From the NCBI GenBank assembly GCA_964016885.1, contig OZ024741.1:264244001-264308000 (forward strand): a stretch of 64,000 nucleotides of DNA. Reading direction: 5' to 3'. Position 1 is the stretch's first letter. Every line of letters starts with the position of its first letter. Positions 40,548-55,649 of the stretch are shown in pieces. Below the pieces are notes generated by a model. The model saw only the letters and a list, made by a program, of their open reading frames with translations, searched no databases and was not told the origin of the DNA. The stretch comes from Eledone cirrhosa (lineage: Eukaryota). Made by a program: the position numbers and the translations under genes.

Positions 40548-40853
40548 AGGCAAGAATGACCTTAAGTGTGTGCCTGTAGTATCGTGGGAGGAAAACTGGA
40601 AGAGGGCGCTTTCCCTAGCGGTCAGGGTAACCGTGGCTTTTTTTGTGGGCTTTCTCCACAAGTGACCCTCGGTAGTCTCACCCCCACCCCCACCCCTATT
40701 GGGGAATTTTTCCTTGTTTCTTTTTTTTGTTACATCCTCTGTTACATCTTTGTTTTTTTTTACACGCAGAAATGCCCATTTCTACCGTCCTCTATCGCCC
40801 TGTACTGCCATTAATGCTATACTAAGTGTCAACTCTTGCGGTTAATAAAGAAA
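40548..40853 (+). mobile_element. LINE 3'UTR fragment with 21-bp target-site duplication
   Basis: TSD gcattgttactattgcaatag at 40527-40547 and 40854-40874; cccctattggggaattttt motif shared with 57380-57594 and 62144-62410. Confidence 0.8.
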
Positions 40854-40874
40854 GCATTGTTACTATTGCAATAG

Positions 40875-41788
40875 TAGTAGTGGCGGTGGTGCTAGTAGTA
40901 GTGGTGGTGGTAGTAGTAGTATGGTGGTGGTAGTAATAGTGGTGGTGGTGAGAGTAGTAGTGGTGGTGGTGGTAATAGTAGTAGTGGTTGTGGTAGTAGT
41001 GGTGGTGGTGATAGTAGTATGGTGGTAGTAGTGGTGGTGGTGGTAGTAGTAGCGGTGGTGGTAGTGGTGGTGGTGGTAGTAAGTAGTGGTGGTGGTGGTA
41101 GTAGTATGGTGGTAGTAGTGGTGGTGGTGGTAGTAGTAGTGGTGCTGTAGTAGTAGTGGTGGTAGTAGTAGTATAGTGGTGGTAGTAGTAGTGGTGATGG
41201 TGATAGTAGTAGTGGTGGTGGTGGTAGTAGTAGTGGTGGTGGTAGTAGTGGTAGTGGTGGTAGTAGTAATGGTGGTGGTAGTAGTGGTGGTGGTGGTAGT
41301 AGTGGTGGTGGTGGTAGTAGTAGTATAGTGGTGGTAGTAGTAGTGGTGATGGTGATAGTAGTAGTGGTGGTGGTGGTAGTAGTAGTGGTGGTGGTAGTAA
41401 TGGTGGTGGCGGTAGTAGTATGGTGGTAATAGTGGTGGTGGTGGTAGTAGTAGTGGTGGTGGTAGTAGTGGTGGTGGTAGTAGTAGTATGGTGGTGGTAG
41501 TAGTAGTGGTGGTGGTGATAGTAGTAGTGGGGTGGTAGTAGTAGTATGGTGGTGGTAGTAGTAGTGGTGGTGGTGATAGTAGTAGTGGTGGTGGTGGTAG
41601 TAGTAGTGGGGTGGTAGTAGTAGTATGGTGGTGGTAGTAGTAGTGGTGGTGGTGATAGTAGTAGTGGTGGTGGTGGTAGTAGTAGTGGTGGTGGTAGTAG
41701 TGGTGGTGGTGGTAGTAGTATGGTGGTAGTAGTAGTGGTGATGGTAGTAGTAGTGGTGGTGGTGGTAGTAGTGGTGGTAGTAGTAGTG

Positions 41789-41828
<40 letters not shown>

Positions 41829-42293
41829 TAGTAGTGGTGATGGTGGTGGTAGTAGTGGTGGTGGTGGTAGTAGTAGTGGTGGTGGTAGTGGTGGTGGTAG
41901 TAGTAGTGGTGGTGGTGGTAGTAGTAGTAGTGGTGGTAGTAGTAGTGGTGATGGTGGTGGTAGTAGTGGTGGTGGTGGTGGTAGTAGTAGTGGTGGTGGT
42001 GGTAGTAGTAGTAATGGTGGTGGTAGTAGTAGTATGGTGTTGGTAGTAGTAGTGGTAGTGGTAGTGGTGGTAGTAGTAGTAGTGGTGCTGATGGTGGTAT
42101 TAGTGGTGGTGGTGGTGGTAGTAGTATGGTGATGGTAGTAGTAGTGGTAGTGGTGGTGGTGGTAGTAGTAGTGGTGGAAGTAGTAGTGTTTGTGGTAGTA
42201 GTAGTAGTGGTGATGGTAGTAGTCGTGGTGGTGGTAGTAGTAGTAATGGTGGTGGTACTGGTAGTAGTAGTGGTAGGAATAGTAGTGGTGTTG

Positions 42294-42342
<49 letters not shown>

Positions 42343-42380
42343 GAGTAGTAGTTGTAGTAGTAGTACTGGTAGTAGTTAGT
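40875..42380. repeat. 1.5-kb mixed (GTA)n/(GTG)n trinucleotide array
   Basis: Directly visible; source of the poly-Val ORFs. Confidence 0.97.
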
Positions 42381-42419
42381 GTAATTTTCTCCTGTTTAAA
42401 ATTATGTTCATATATATAG

Positions 42420-43090
42420 TTCGGCCTGCACTTTTTGTCTTACCGCCAGAGCGCAGGGCGGTTCCCCCAACACGCCGCCCTCAACGACACATTGGGAAGA
42501 AACCTGGACGCAGCTGGCTTTCCATCCCAACAGGCCCTAGACCACGGAGATGGCAAGCACCCCGACGGAATCACCCTGTTCGCATTCGAAGGAGGTAGAT
42601 CGCTCATCTGGGACGCCACCTGCTGCGAAACGTTCTTCGTCTCCAACTTATAGCTTCGGCCACAAAGCCCGGCCTGCCTCGCCGAAGAACGCAAAATAAA
42701 CAAATACCGGGGTTTGTCCAGCCGCTCCCTCTTCGCACCGGCCGCCGTCGAGACCTCGGGCGTACTTGGAACCCGCACTGCCGAGCTCCTCCGCAAGATC
42801 GGAACGTTGGCGGCCCGTCTGACGAAGGAGCACCGCGAGGTTGGGTGGCTGTTGGGTGGCCATCGTCTGGGGGAATGCTTTTGCCGCCTTGTCCGCGGGG
42901 CACAGCCCTTCTGAACCCTTGCCCTAGGCCCAAAGCCCAATTACCCCCCTCACCCCCTCTCTTCTGCGACACAAGAGATATTGCCATCCCATCCATTTTC
43001 CGTTCTTTTTCCTCTTTCTTTCACTCTTTTTTTTCTATTTCCCTATTCTTTCCTTTTGTTTCCCCTTTTTTTATTTTATTTTCTAAATAA
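42420..43090 (+). mobile_element. CRE-clade LINE 3' remnant (restriction-like endonuclease)
   Basis: HAALND...DGKHPDGITLF..GRSLIWDATC...KYRGL...AVETSGVLG; local GC spike. Confidence 0.82.
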
Positions 43091-43204
43091 GGTTTGTTTT
43101 TTTCACGAGATGTTAATACAGTACTAACTTTTATTGAAACATGAGTACAGCATTAAAAAAAATCGCTATATACATGTGTGTCTATATATATATTTATATA
43201 TATA

Positions 43205-43863
43205 TCTGTATATATATAAAATTAAGTATGTGTGTGTGTCTGTGTGTCTGTGTATTACCTATAGGGGCCTACATCTTACGACCGATTTTCATGAAACTTT
43301 ACAGGCTCATAGATTACTCATCGGGGAGTGTTTTCTATATATCAGCGTATCATTTTTTTAATTTCGGGGTCATTCTGCAGATAGAAATCGATAGGGGGTG
43401 GAGAGGGGGCACCTTTTTTTTATATTTTGTATTTGTTGCTCAGGGACGGCGTGGCAGCCGCTTAAATATTCAGATTTCCACTTTTAGACTCAAATTTCCA
43501 CTTTTCAACCTACTTTGTTCAAATTTTACACTACGCTAGATTTGACTATTTCACGTCTTAAAGTGGCTTTACATTTTGAATTTTTTTTCAGGAACGGCGT
43601 GGCAGCCGCTTAAATATTCGAAAATACCACCTTTTCGGCTCTAGCTCCCACATTTTTCAACCGATTTCGTTCAAATTCGAAACTCCCTCCCCCAGTATAC
43701 CCCTTCGTCAGTCACCCGCGTTTCTCAGTGATAGAGGTCATCACCACCCTCCCCTGTGTGTGGCCATAGATGAGTCATCGAGAAGCAGTCGCTAAGATCA
43801 ACACCTTTTCATCAAAGCAGATATTATTTTACCTATCCAGGCAGCGGTGGGTACTGCTGCTAG
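43205..43863 (+). mobile_element. Non-autonomous Helitron
   Basis: A|TC..tatatataaaa + (tg)n 5' end; GC hairpin then CTAG|T at 43860-43863; internal duplication of acggcgtggcagccgcttaaatattc. Confidence 0.75.
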
Positions 43864-43924
43864 TATATAAATATATATATATATAAATCTAATCTGAATT
43901 ATAACGGAATTTTACCTGTATAAT

Positions 43925-43978
<54 letters not shown>

Positions 43979-44294
43979 ATAATATATATAATATATAATA
44001 TGTATATATTTATATAGATAGTTCGGTGAAATACTGGTGTTGGTACCAAATCAAGTATTCTGCGCACAGGCAAAGTTTATATACCACATACCACAACAAA
44101 AATATATCTTTTGTCGCATCACCAGTCTGAAGAGCAGATTGATACTGGGGTCGGGTCCATAAATCCTATGGGTCACCTTGAGCCAATCCTCCGCGAAACG
44201 AGCGTGACAGGTCCATACACAATAAATATTTTTCATATGTAAACGAAACTTCCTCATTTTAAAAATTATATTATATATATATATATATATAATA

Positions 44295-44600
44295 ATAATT
44301 CAAGAAAGAAGATTGACATGGTTGGCTATACAATAAGGGCTTTATTCACATTGCTGACAATTGTTTCTTTGATCTGGAAGGTCTAGATTTCGCTATACGC
44401 CTGATTTTGCGCCAATCGATCTCCAATACTTCACCCGCTCCGATGAAGCAGACTGGTTATAAAGTATTGGAATCGATTGGCTCAAAATCAGGCGTATAGC
44501 GAACTCTAGACCTGCCATATCAAAGAAACAATTGTCAGAAATTTGAATAAAGCCCTTATTGTATAGCGAACCATGTCAATCTTCTTTCTTGAATTATTAT
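44295..44600. repeat. Inverted repeat (about 44295-44430 / 44465-44600) next to (TA)n
   Basis: Arms are reverse complements; spacer contains CCGATGA. Confidence 0.88.
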
Positions 44601-44764
44601 TACTCCAAGTATTAACTACATAGAAATCACCGCGAACTCGCAGCATCACTATGGAAACGTCTTGTTGAGTCAAACTAAGCCACACGTTAATACTATCCAC
44701 TACAAGAACTACTCCAACTGGCCTACATCTAAGTGGACTGCCATAACAATAACCTGTTATCCCG

Positions 44765-45312
<548 letters not shown>

Positions 45313-45903
45313 TTAAAATAACAGATTAAAGTTTAAGCAAAGAATCGCTGCTTTCACCCTTAGCGGGATCTTCTGAAACTAACAAAGTCAATCTGTAAAC
45401 GCAGAACTGGATATTTCAAAAAAGACAGGAAGACGATACTTTGGTTCGTGGTGACGTTCGCTGGCAAAGAACGGGAAAAAACGAATAATACGTCATTAAT
45501 AGGAGCGGTGAAAAACAATTACGCGCAAAGACAAAACCACGTTTATGGTATAAAAGAGGTCGTAGACTAATGTTCTCTTAGGTGGTGCATAGAGACGTTC
45601 TCTGGCAATGAACGAAAAAACGAAGATAATAAGTCATATGTGGAGCGTGGAGAACAATAGCACGCAAAGACAAAACCACGTAAATGGTATAGCAGAAATC
45701 GTAGACTAAAATTCTAACTAAGAGACCAAATGACTCTCCGCTACAGAGTTAAGAACAAAGTAAATAAATACAATACAGACGTAATAGAAACAAATAAATA
45801 CATACACGCAAACAGATACGTACATACACAAGCATACGCAAAACCTTACCATGGGTTAAGCGTGACGCTTGGGGAGGTAATCCACAAATGACGTAGCTTT
45901 GTC

Positions 45904-45905
<2 letters not shown>
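45313..45905 (+). mobile_element. Interspersed (TA)n-associated repeat, unclassified
   Basis: Homologous to 23718-23930 (+) and 55100-55560 (-); the 3' part matches 49961-50008. Confidence 0.7.
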
Positions 45906-45958
<53 letters not shown>

Positions 45959-45967
45959 TATATGCAC

Positions 45968-46014
<47 letters not shown>

Positions 46015-46970
46015 CTAGACATGAAAAATGCGCAAGCTCAAAAGTGCCACAGAATGTTATAATAAACCTTCAAAAGTGTGGGACTAGAGTTGTTGCTAAA
46101 AAATATTGTAATCATTATATATCGTACATTCTGTGGCATCCTTTATAAAAATAGCTTAAACCAACGAAGCCTTTATTTTTACGCTATTTCACTTAGTTAA
46201 TTCTTAGAGTGTAACATATAAAAATATCATTTACAACTATAAAATAAATTAATTAATATAATAACAGAGCTGCGGAGCTGAAATTTAGGAAATAATGGAG
46301 TATCGGATCCTGAGTTGGAGCCAGTCAATTTTTGGCCGACTCCGCAGCCCTGTATAATACATTTCATATTAAAGTTATTAATAAACCTATTTTACACTTC
46401 ATGCAAATTACCACGAGATATTGATATTAGATATAAGATACAGCGCAATATCTACAGCTGTAAAAGTACGAAAGCGAAGTAATAATAAGTGGCTTAAGGT
46501 AATTCCAATATGAAAGTTTGTAGTGATAAAAATTTGATAATGCAATACGATTGTTAATATTATAGTTCTATGAAAATGTAACAATAGATAACTAAATTAT
46601 TTTACTATTAGTATATTTAAGAAATTATCATTATAGATTTGATCGTTCATATAAGCATCATATTAAGTTTCAACACAATTATTTTGTTACTATGAGTATA
46701 TGATAATAATATTACGTAATTATTTATAGCTGTTATTACATTAAACATAGATGTATTTATTTTTATATGTTACACTCTAAGAATTAACTAAGTGAAATAG
46801 CGTAAAAATAAAGGCTTCGTTGGTTTAAGCTATTTTTATAAAGGATGCCACAGAATGTACGATATATAATGATTACAATATTTTTTAGCAACAACTCTAG
46901 TCCCACACTTTTGAAGGTTTATTATAACATTCTGTGGCACTTTTGAGCTTGCGCATTTTTCATGTCTAGT
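46015..46970. repeat. ~215-bp essentially perfect inverted repeat (46015-46228 / 46757-46970)
   Basis: Arms are reverse complements; left arm starts at (TA)n. Confidence 0.92.
46265..46352. mobile_element. hAT-type MITE
   Basis: TIRs cagagctgcggag / ctccgcagccctg; 8-bp TSD tataataa / tataatac. Confidence 0.75.
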
Positions 46971-47524
46971 TTAATATTTTTTTAAGGCAACGCTTGTAAT
47001 AACTCTAGTTAAACAGGATATATATTAATAATAAATTATCGTTGTAATGTAATTAGATTATGTAATTGTTATTATAAATTATCTTATAAATATTAGTGTA
47101 AGATGTATAAAAATATTTTCAGACTTTTAATATAAACAACTACAAAAAACAATCAATATTAAATCAATATATTATACATAATAGAAAACATAAAATATAC
47201 AATACAAAAACAAAATATTTACATACAATTGCAATTATCAGTGTATATACATTTTCTTTATATTCCCTGAGCAAATTAATAAGATTTGTTTTTATTGTAC
47301 ATAATTTGATGACTTGTTGGAGTGTATTAAAAGATAGCAACAATTTGTGATTAAATTGTTATCTTAAGCAACTCACTTTTTAATAGTTGTTGGCTGAGCG
47401 AAATTGTAAAAGCCTATGAGCAAATATAAAAAAAAATACACAAACAACATTTCCTTGTGTTATTACAACATTAGATAAAATAATTGAGCAATGTCGTTAT
47501 ATTTTGCTCTTATTGCACATTAAT

Positions 47525-47695
47525 AGTGTTTCTATTTTTCGGCACAAATCCATTACGGCAGTCCATTACTGGTACTTTATTTTATCGAATTAGTAAGTAT
47601 GAAAGTCGAAGTTAACCTCGGCAGGATTTGAACTTAGAATGCAAAGGACCATAACAATACTGCAAAGCATGGTGTCTGACGCTCTACCAATACTT
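47525..47695 (-). mobile_element. tRNA-derived SINE (Nin/Deu-like), diverged; partial copy at 48500-48548
   Basis: ggcacaa...ttactggtactttattttatcga...aacctcggcaggatttgaact. Confidence 0.8.
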
Positions 47696-48087
47696 GTGTT
47701 GAGCTGGTCATTAATTTATGGTGGTCGTGCGTGGAGTAGAGCAATCGCTAGTTGAAATATTATGAACAAAACATTTTTATTTGCCGAAGAACATATTTTC
47801 AATACTGTTTGTGAATGTGACGAAGGAAATACATTCTGATATGGAACAGTGTACAAAGTGTGTCTGTGAATAACATAATGTTACCTCATGTTGTTGTCAA
47901 GACATAATGGATTTCGTATATCCAGTTAGAAGATGAAACCTAGCCATCTCGGATTAGTTATATTTCATGCCATGTGTAAACGTGTTTGAGGATAGCAAAA
48001 TATGCGCGTTAATTATAATAATTAGTTAATAATATTACAAAATATACCTAATTAAACTCTTTGCTTGAAATTTTATCATTCTTCGTT

Positions 48088-48126
<39 letters not shown>

Positions 48127-49573
48127 GGAGAGAGATTTATCTAGTCCTTCGCTCAAGATTAATCTATAAGTTTAGATGTTTGCCTTCGTTTAAGTAAATA
48201 TTACAGTAAGATTTTTAATATAAACAACTACAAAAAACAATTAATATTAAAACGAAAAAATTATCAATGCTAAAAGAAGCGGATGCAACTTTTTTTTTTA
48301 TAAAGTTATATTCCTGTTTCTTTAAAGAACATTTCATTTTTGTTCTATTGTAGGCGAAATAATGCAATGGTTTAATAGGGAAGATATAACTTACGAATTA
48401 TGTCTCTAACCGTGTAACGCTTTTTAAGTAGATAACTACAATTGAAAATACTAAAGAAATGGAACCAACAATTCAATTTGAAAGTCGTCTAGTGACAGTG
48501 TATTACTGGTACTTTATTTTATCGACCCCGTAACGATGAAAGGCAAAAATGCAAATGCTTAAAATTTAAATTGCCTTAATTCTATCGTCTGCTGTTTCAT
48601 TAAAGGGAGATTATCGTCTGTATTTAATTCTATCGTCTACTGTTCCACTAAACAGATATACCTCCACTATCGTCTCTATTTATACATTTTAACTTATAAC
48701 TTATACACATTTGATTTGAAATATTTTATCTAGTCCCCCCTCTCAATATTATGATGATTTCTTTCGAATGAAACAGTTCTAGTCCTGTAGAAACCATTTA
48801 TATATATAATTGAACTGAGTTAAAAATTCACAATATTTATAATTAAATAAGCTCATATATATATGTGTGTATTTATCTGTTTATTGTATTATATATAATG
48901 TGTGTATATACAGGATGTCCCCCAAAAATATATACACACTTCAACAGCATTCTAATAACTATTGCCTGTACAGGTAATCAAAGTGTCAATCGAATGTTAG
49001 TTTCGTGTTTTAACAGTACAAATTTACAATACACACATAAAACCAGTGTATATACATACATGAGTGTGTATACACATACATGAATGTGTATATACAATAT
49101 ATATGTATATATATATAGACACATATATTCACGGTGCAACGGTACATTAAAATATAGATGCGGGAGAGGGGGGGTGTATATATAGGGGCGCTGGGGATAA
49201 AGGAGTGTAAAGCGTGTGTAATTGATATATTGAAGGAGAGGAGCGTGCAGCGATAGAGTAACAAATATATAGAGAGGGGGAGAGATGGTATTGAAGGGGA
49301 GGAGTGCAAAGCGAAAGAGTAAGAGATATATATAGAGACGGAACAGATAGAGAGAAACAGGCGTAAGTAACAGTGGAAGAGATATAGAGAGAGGTACTCT
49401 GATTGGTTGAAAATTAGCCAATGACATACGATCACCACCACCACGGCTATCCCCGAAACATTTTTTAAGAAGCTACGCATATATGTTAGAACACGAAAAG
49501 TGAACATTCTGTTGTTTCACACTTTTCGTGTTCTAACAGATATATATAAATATATATATGCACATATATATAC

Positions 49574-49624
<51 letters not shown>

Positions 49625-49681
49625 TATATATATATGCACATATATATACATATATATACATATATATATATATACATATAT

Positions 49682-49800
<119 letters not shown>

Positions 49801-49804
49801 TATG

Positions 49805-49850
<46 letters not shown>

Positions 49851-49919
49851 CATATATATATATATACATATATATATATACAATATATATATATATGCAC
49901 ACATATATATATATACATA

Positions 49920-49960
<41 letters not shown>

Positions 49961-49962
<2 letters not shown>

Positions 49963-50243
49963 GACAAAGCTACGTCATTTGTGGATTACCTCCCCTAGCG
50001 TCACGCTTACTACTCACTCACTTGAACACAAGATTTATCAGCAAACTTTGATTATAAACTTTTTCCCGCTGGACCAAATTTCTAGATTTTTAAGCCAAAA
50101 GATGCGTAATGATCTACTGTTCGTGCTCATATAAGTTTTAACTCAGTTAAATAAAGTAGAGCCGCGCTGTACTGTCGTAAACAGACGATTGCCAACGAAA
50201 ACACGACCACAACAATATTACTAAACGGACGGTAGTCCGTTTA

Positions 50244-50338
<95 letters not shown>

Positions 50339-50436
50339 TTTATAATCAAAGTTTGCTGATAAATCTTGTGTTCAAGTGAGTGAGTAGTAAGCGTGACGCT
50401 AGGGGAGGTAATCCAGAAATGACGTAGCTTTGTCAT
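49961..50436. repeat. 100-bp inverted repeat (49961-50060 / 50337-50436)
   Basis: Arms are reverse complements; each adjoins (TA)n. Confidence 0.9.
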
Positions 50437-50566
50437 TAAGCCAGTTGCCTCAACTAGATTGCAATTATACTCAAAAGAACTTTAAAATGTCGATCACTTG
50501 TCAGTAATTCACTATGATCATTTAATTATTAGATAGTTGTTGCTTGCATTGCCTTAAAAAATAGTA

Positions 50567-51669
50567 GACCAGATAGAAAAATGCGTACAGCAAAACAAAG
50601 TAATATTGTTGGAATATAAACCTTTAAAAATACAGGACAAGAAACTAAAATAAAACTTTAAAAGAATAGGACAAGAAACTAAAATAAAACTTTAAAAGAA
50701 TAGGACAAGAAACTAAGATAAAACTTTAAAGAATTGGACAAGAAATAAAAAATTGTACAATAATATTAGTGGCAACATTTTTTTATTCGTTTTCTGTGCT
50801 ATGCCCCAGTATCTTCTTGATTAGTGCATAATAATTGTCATGCTCTCATTGTGCGTTGCCCCTGAGCGGTTGGTTCTGGTTGGGGTTGGTTGGTTGAGCA
50901 GTTCTGCTCCGTCAGAATGACCATTGCAAGAAGAATTGGCCGATGCAGCTGCAGGTCTCCTCCAAGAATGCACTTCTGGTCCCGCAACACCAGACGAAGA
51001 TGGAGAAGACGACCGGGACAATATGTCGACTCTGACCACCGACTACGGCACCTCCCTCAACCACCGGTCCTCCCTCCCTCTGTCCCGTCATCCCTCCAGT
51101 CCTCCTGCTCCCCCTTCCTGTACCAGAAAGCTGTGGCACGCATTCATCTGGACTGCCGGACTTGAACTCAAGGACAAGATGCAAGGAGAAGATGGACGGG
51201 TTGGTCAAGATCAAGGATGAGCGGGACGACAAGACCGTCCGCTGCTGCTCAAGATCTGTGCTCATGGGCCCATGGGCCCATGGGTCCATTCACATTATGC
51301 ATGACACATGAGGCGTATCGCCGAATGATGAAATAGGGGTATGGTTATGGCCCAATTGGTGTTCAAACCAGGATCAAATGATCCCCCCGGTCTGACGACG
51401 ACCTCTGAATGTGGAACCCAGAGACTATGAATGTGGAACTCGATTTTTTACCAATAAAAATTTTGCCACTAATATTATTGTAAAATTTTTTATTTCTTGT
51501 CCAATTCTTTAAAGTTTTATCTTAGTTTCTTGTCCTATTCTTTTAAAGTTTTATTTTAGTTTCTTGTCCTATTCTTTTAAAGTTTTATTTTAGTTTCTTG
51601 TCCTGTATTTTTAAAGGTTAATATTCCAACAATATTACTTTTTTTTCTGTACGCATTTTTCTATCTGGT
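50567..51669. mobile_element. Foldback-like element: ~220-bp inverted arms with ~30-bp internal tandem repeats around a GC-rich core
   Basis: 50567-50788 inverted at 51453-51669; four ggacaagaaa units per arm. Confidence 0.78.
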
Positions 51670-51921
51670 ATACATACCATCAGCGCACACAAAAACGCAT
51701 ACATATATATGTACATAAAAGAGCTGGCTAATGTGATCACTTCCTGCAAATTAATGTTCAGCATCTTACAGACGACAGGCATAATATACTTAAGTAAATA
51801 ACCGCCTTAATTAATGTAAATGGGATGTCATATTAACCCTGAATTGTCATCCGATAATTCCCCCCTCTCTCTCCTCTCTCGATACAGATAGTTACACTGA
51901 TTACTCTAATATCAGAGATAT

Positions 51922-52003
<82 letters not shown>

Positions 52004-52146
52004 CAAACATATATATTATATATATATTATATATAAATATATATATATATATATATAATACAAACATATATATTATATATATATTATATATATATGTATA
52101 TATACATATATATATATATTATATATATATATATTATATACATATA

Positions 52147-52209
<63 letters not shown>

Positions 52210-52391
52210 ATTATAAATATACATATATATATAATATACATGCATATATATATATATATATTATATATATAATACATAATATATAATATATATCTATATG
52301 TGTGTGTGTATACACATATATATATATATATTTAGAAAGATTACACACACACAGGCACACACACACACGCATATATATATATATATTTACG

Positions 52392-52448
<57 letters not shown>

Positions 52449-52455
52449 ATATATG

Positions 52456-52522
<67 letters not shown>

Positions 52523-52552
52523 TTACATGCATATATATCTATTCATATATAA

Positions 52553-52623
<71 letters not shown>

Positions 52624-52719
52624 AATGAAGTAATTCCGTCGGAAAGGTCCAGGAAAAGAGAGTGCTCTATGTAGGTTACAGAGCTTAATAGTTATGTAAT
52701 AAACAACATAAGGCAATTA

Positions 52720-52780
52720 TTTCATTTACCAGTGGTTTCTTGAAAGCAAACGAAATTTGCTTTCCTTCATCAGAATGAAA
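52720..52780 (-). ncRNA. Type-I hammerhead ribozyme
   Basis: tttcatt-CTGATGA-ag-gaaagcaaa-tttcg-tttgctttc-aa-GAA-ACC-act-GGT-A-aatgaaa; 7-bp stem I. Confidence 0.85.
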
Positions 52781-53112
52781 AAATACTGGTGTATTTATTG
52801 ACCGGATTTGAAAAACAAAAATATAAACTATATGAAAGTGAGGCTGGAAAAGGAAGGAGGGGAAAAAAGAGAGAAAAAAAGAAGAGGAAAAAGAATAAAT
52901 ATAAAAGTAGATAAACAGACATGCACACACACACACACACACACACACACGCATATACATACATACAAACGCATACATATACACATACACAGATATATAT
53001 AAATATATATATATACATACATATATACATATATACATATATATACATATATACATATATACATATATACACATACACACACATATATATAGACACATAT
53101 ATACACATACAC

Positions 53113-53170
<58 letters not shown>

Positions 53171-53189
53171 CCATACATACACACGCACA

Positions 53190-53275
<86 letters not shown>

Positions 53276-53536
53276 CACACACACTATATATATATACATA
53301 CATATATATATATATATACATATAAATATATATATACATATATACACACATACACACAGTCATACACATACACACACACACACACGCACACATACGCACA
53401 CACGTATATATATATAGATATATGTACACACACCCACATACGCACGTACACAATCAACTATAAGAAAATAATGATAAAAAAATATATATATATGTGTGTG
53501 TGTGTCTCTGTGTGCATACATATACGTATATACAAA

Positions 53537-53718
53537 TAATTGTCTCTACTTTAGGCACAAGGCCAGCATTTACATTACTGGTTCTTTATTTTATCGACCC
53601 CGTAAGGATGAAAGGCAAAGTCAACCTCGGCGGGATTTGAACTCAGATCGTAAAGGGACGTAACTATGCTGGAAAGCATGGCGTCCGACCCTCTACCGAT
53701 ACTGCCAATCCACCGCCT
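53537..53718 (-). mobile_element. tRNA-derived SINE (Nin/Deu-like body), full length
   Basis: Same family as 62427-62613; flanked by tatatacaaataat direct repeats. Confidence 0.9.
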
Positions 53719-54028
53719 ATATATACAAATAATGATATGCATGCGTGTGGGCACGCACTACTTCATATTGAAGTTAAGGTGATTAGAAATATTGAAAAAG
53801 TGGGAGAGCATAACATAAGTGAGGAGGGAAACAACATTCTTTCTCTATGACTCATGCCGCCATTTAAAATGATGGCATGCATTCTACATGAATGTATTTT
53901 CAATGTCTCAGATCTCTTTTATAATGGATGTCTGTGTGTACACGTGTGCATTCTCTCTCACACGCACACGCACACACATATATACACACTCATATATATA
54001 TATAATTATGCATGTATATATATATATA

Positions 54029-54093
<65 letters not shown>

Positions 54094-54105
54094 TAATATA
54101 TATAT

Positions 54106-54233
<128 letters not shown>

Positions 54234-54320
54234 TATATATTTATATATGTATATATATATAAATGAGAGGTATAGAGATTGTTTTAGCAAAAAGCTAACG
54301 GCATTCTATAACATATATGC

Positions 54321-54392
<72 letters not shown>

Positions 54393-54876
54393 TAGGGATT
54401 GTAACGTCCAGTTACGGTAGGTTCCTGGGACGACTTAGATAGAAGTGTTACACAACAGTTAATTCACCATACCGAGAACAATTGTTTCACCTTACCGGAT
54501 CCTCAGCTCGGAATATATATATATGTATATACAATATTAAATAAATGGAAAACTATATTTATAAAACCATATTTATTTCATTATATATATTTCGGGGTTA
54601 GAGTGAACCTCTTCAAATGAAGTTGATGTTTATTACGGTATGTCGAATATATTTATCTATAAAACTGTTTATATTGTATTTTGTCTGATGAAGGCATAGC
54701 ATATTGTTAATATGATATCCCCGAAATATATATAATGAAATAAATATGGTTTTATAAATATAGTTTTCCATTTATTTAATATTGTAAATATACTCCAAGT
54801 ATTTGTCGAGTGCTTTTATATCAGTTATAAATATTTACTAGTTGTAACCCAACAATTTTAAATATAACTTTACATA

Positions 54877-55029
<153 letters not shown>

Positions 55030-55649
55030 TTATATGTGCGTGGTTTTGTATACATATGGTAAGGTTTTGCGTATGCTTGTGTATGTATTTATTTGTTCCT
55101 ATTACTTCTGTATTGTATTTATTTACTTTGTCTCCTAGTTAGAATTTTAGTCTACGACTTCTGCTATACCATTTACGTGGTTTTGTCTTTGCACGCTATT
55201 GTTCTCCACGCTCCACATATGACTTATTATCTTCGTTTTTGCGTTCATTGCCAGAGAACGTCTCTACGCACCACTTAGAGAACATTAGTCTACGACCTCT
55301 TTTATACCATAAACGTGGTTCTGTCCTTGCACGTAATTGTTTTTCACCGCTCCTATTAATGACGTATTATTCGTTTTTTCCCGTTCTTTGCCAGCGAACG
55401 TCACCATGAACCAAAGTATCGTCTTCCTGTCTTCCTCCGGTTGCAACGTTTTTTGAAATATCCAGTTCTGCGTTTACAGATTGACTTTGTTAGTTTCAGA
55501 AGATCCCGTTAAGGGTGAAAGCAGCGATTCTTTGCTTAAACTTTAATCTGTTATTTTAATAAATATATATATATACATATATATATATATGTGTGTGTGT
55601 GCATAGGTACATATATACATATATATATATATAAATATGTATATATATG

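Noticed and set aside
40875-42380. Telomeric array or poly-Val protein
   Set aside because: No TTAGGG units; a simple mixed trinucleotide repeat
48908-48950. Tc1/mariner-like end TACAGGATGTCCC
   Set aside because: No matching second TIR or transposase found; too short to support
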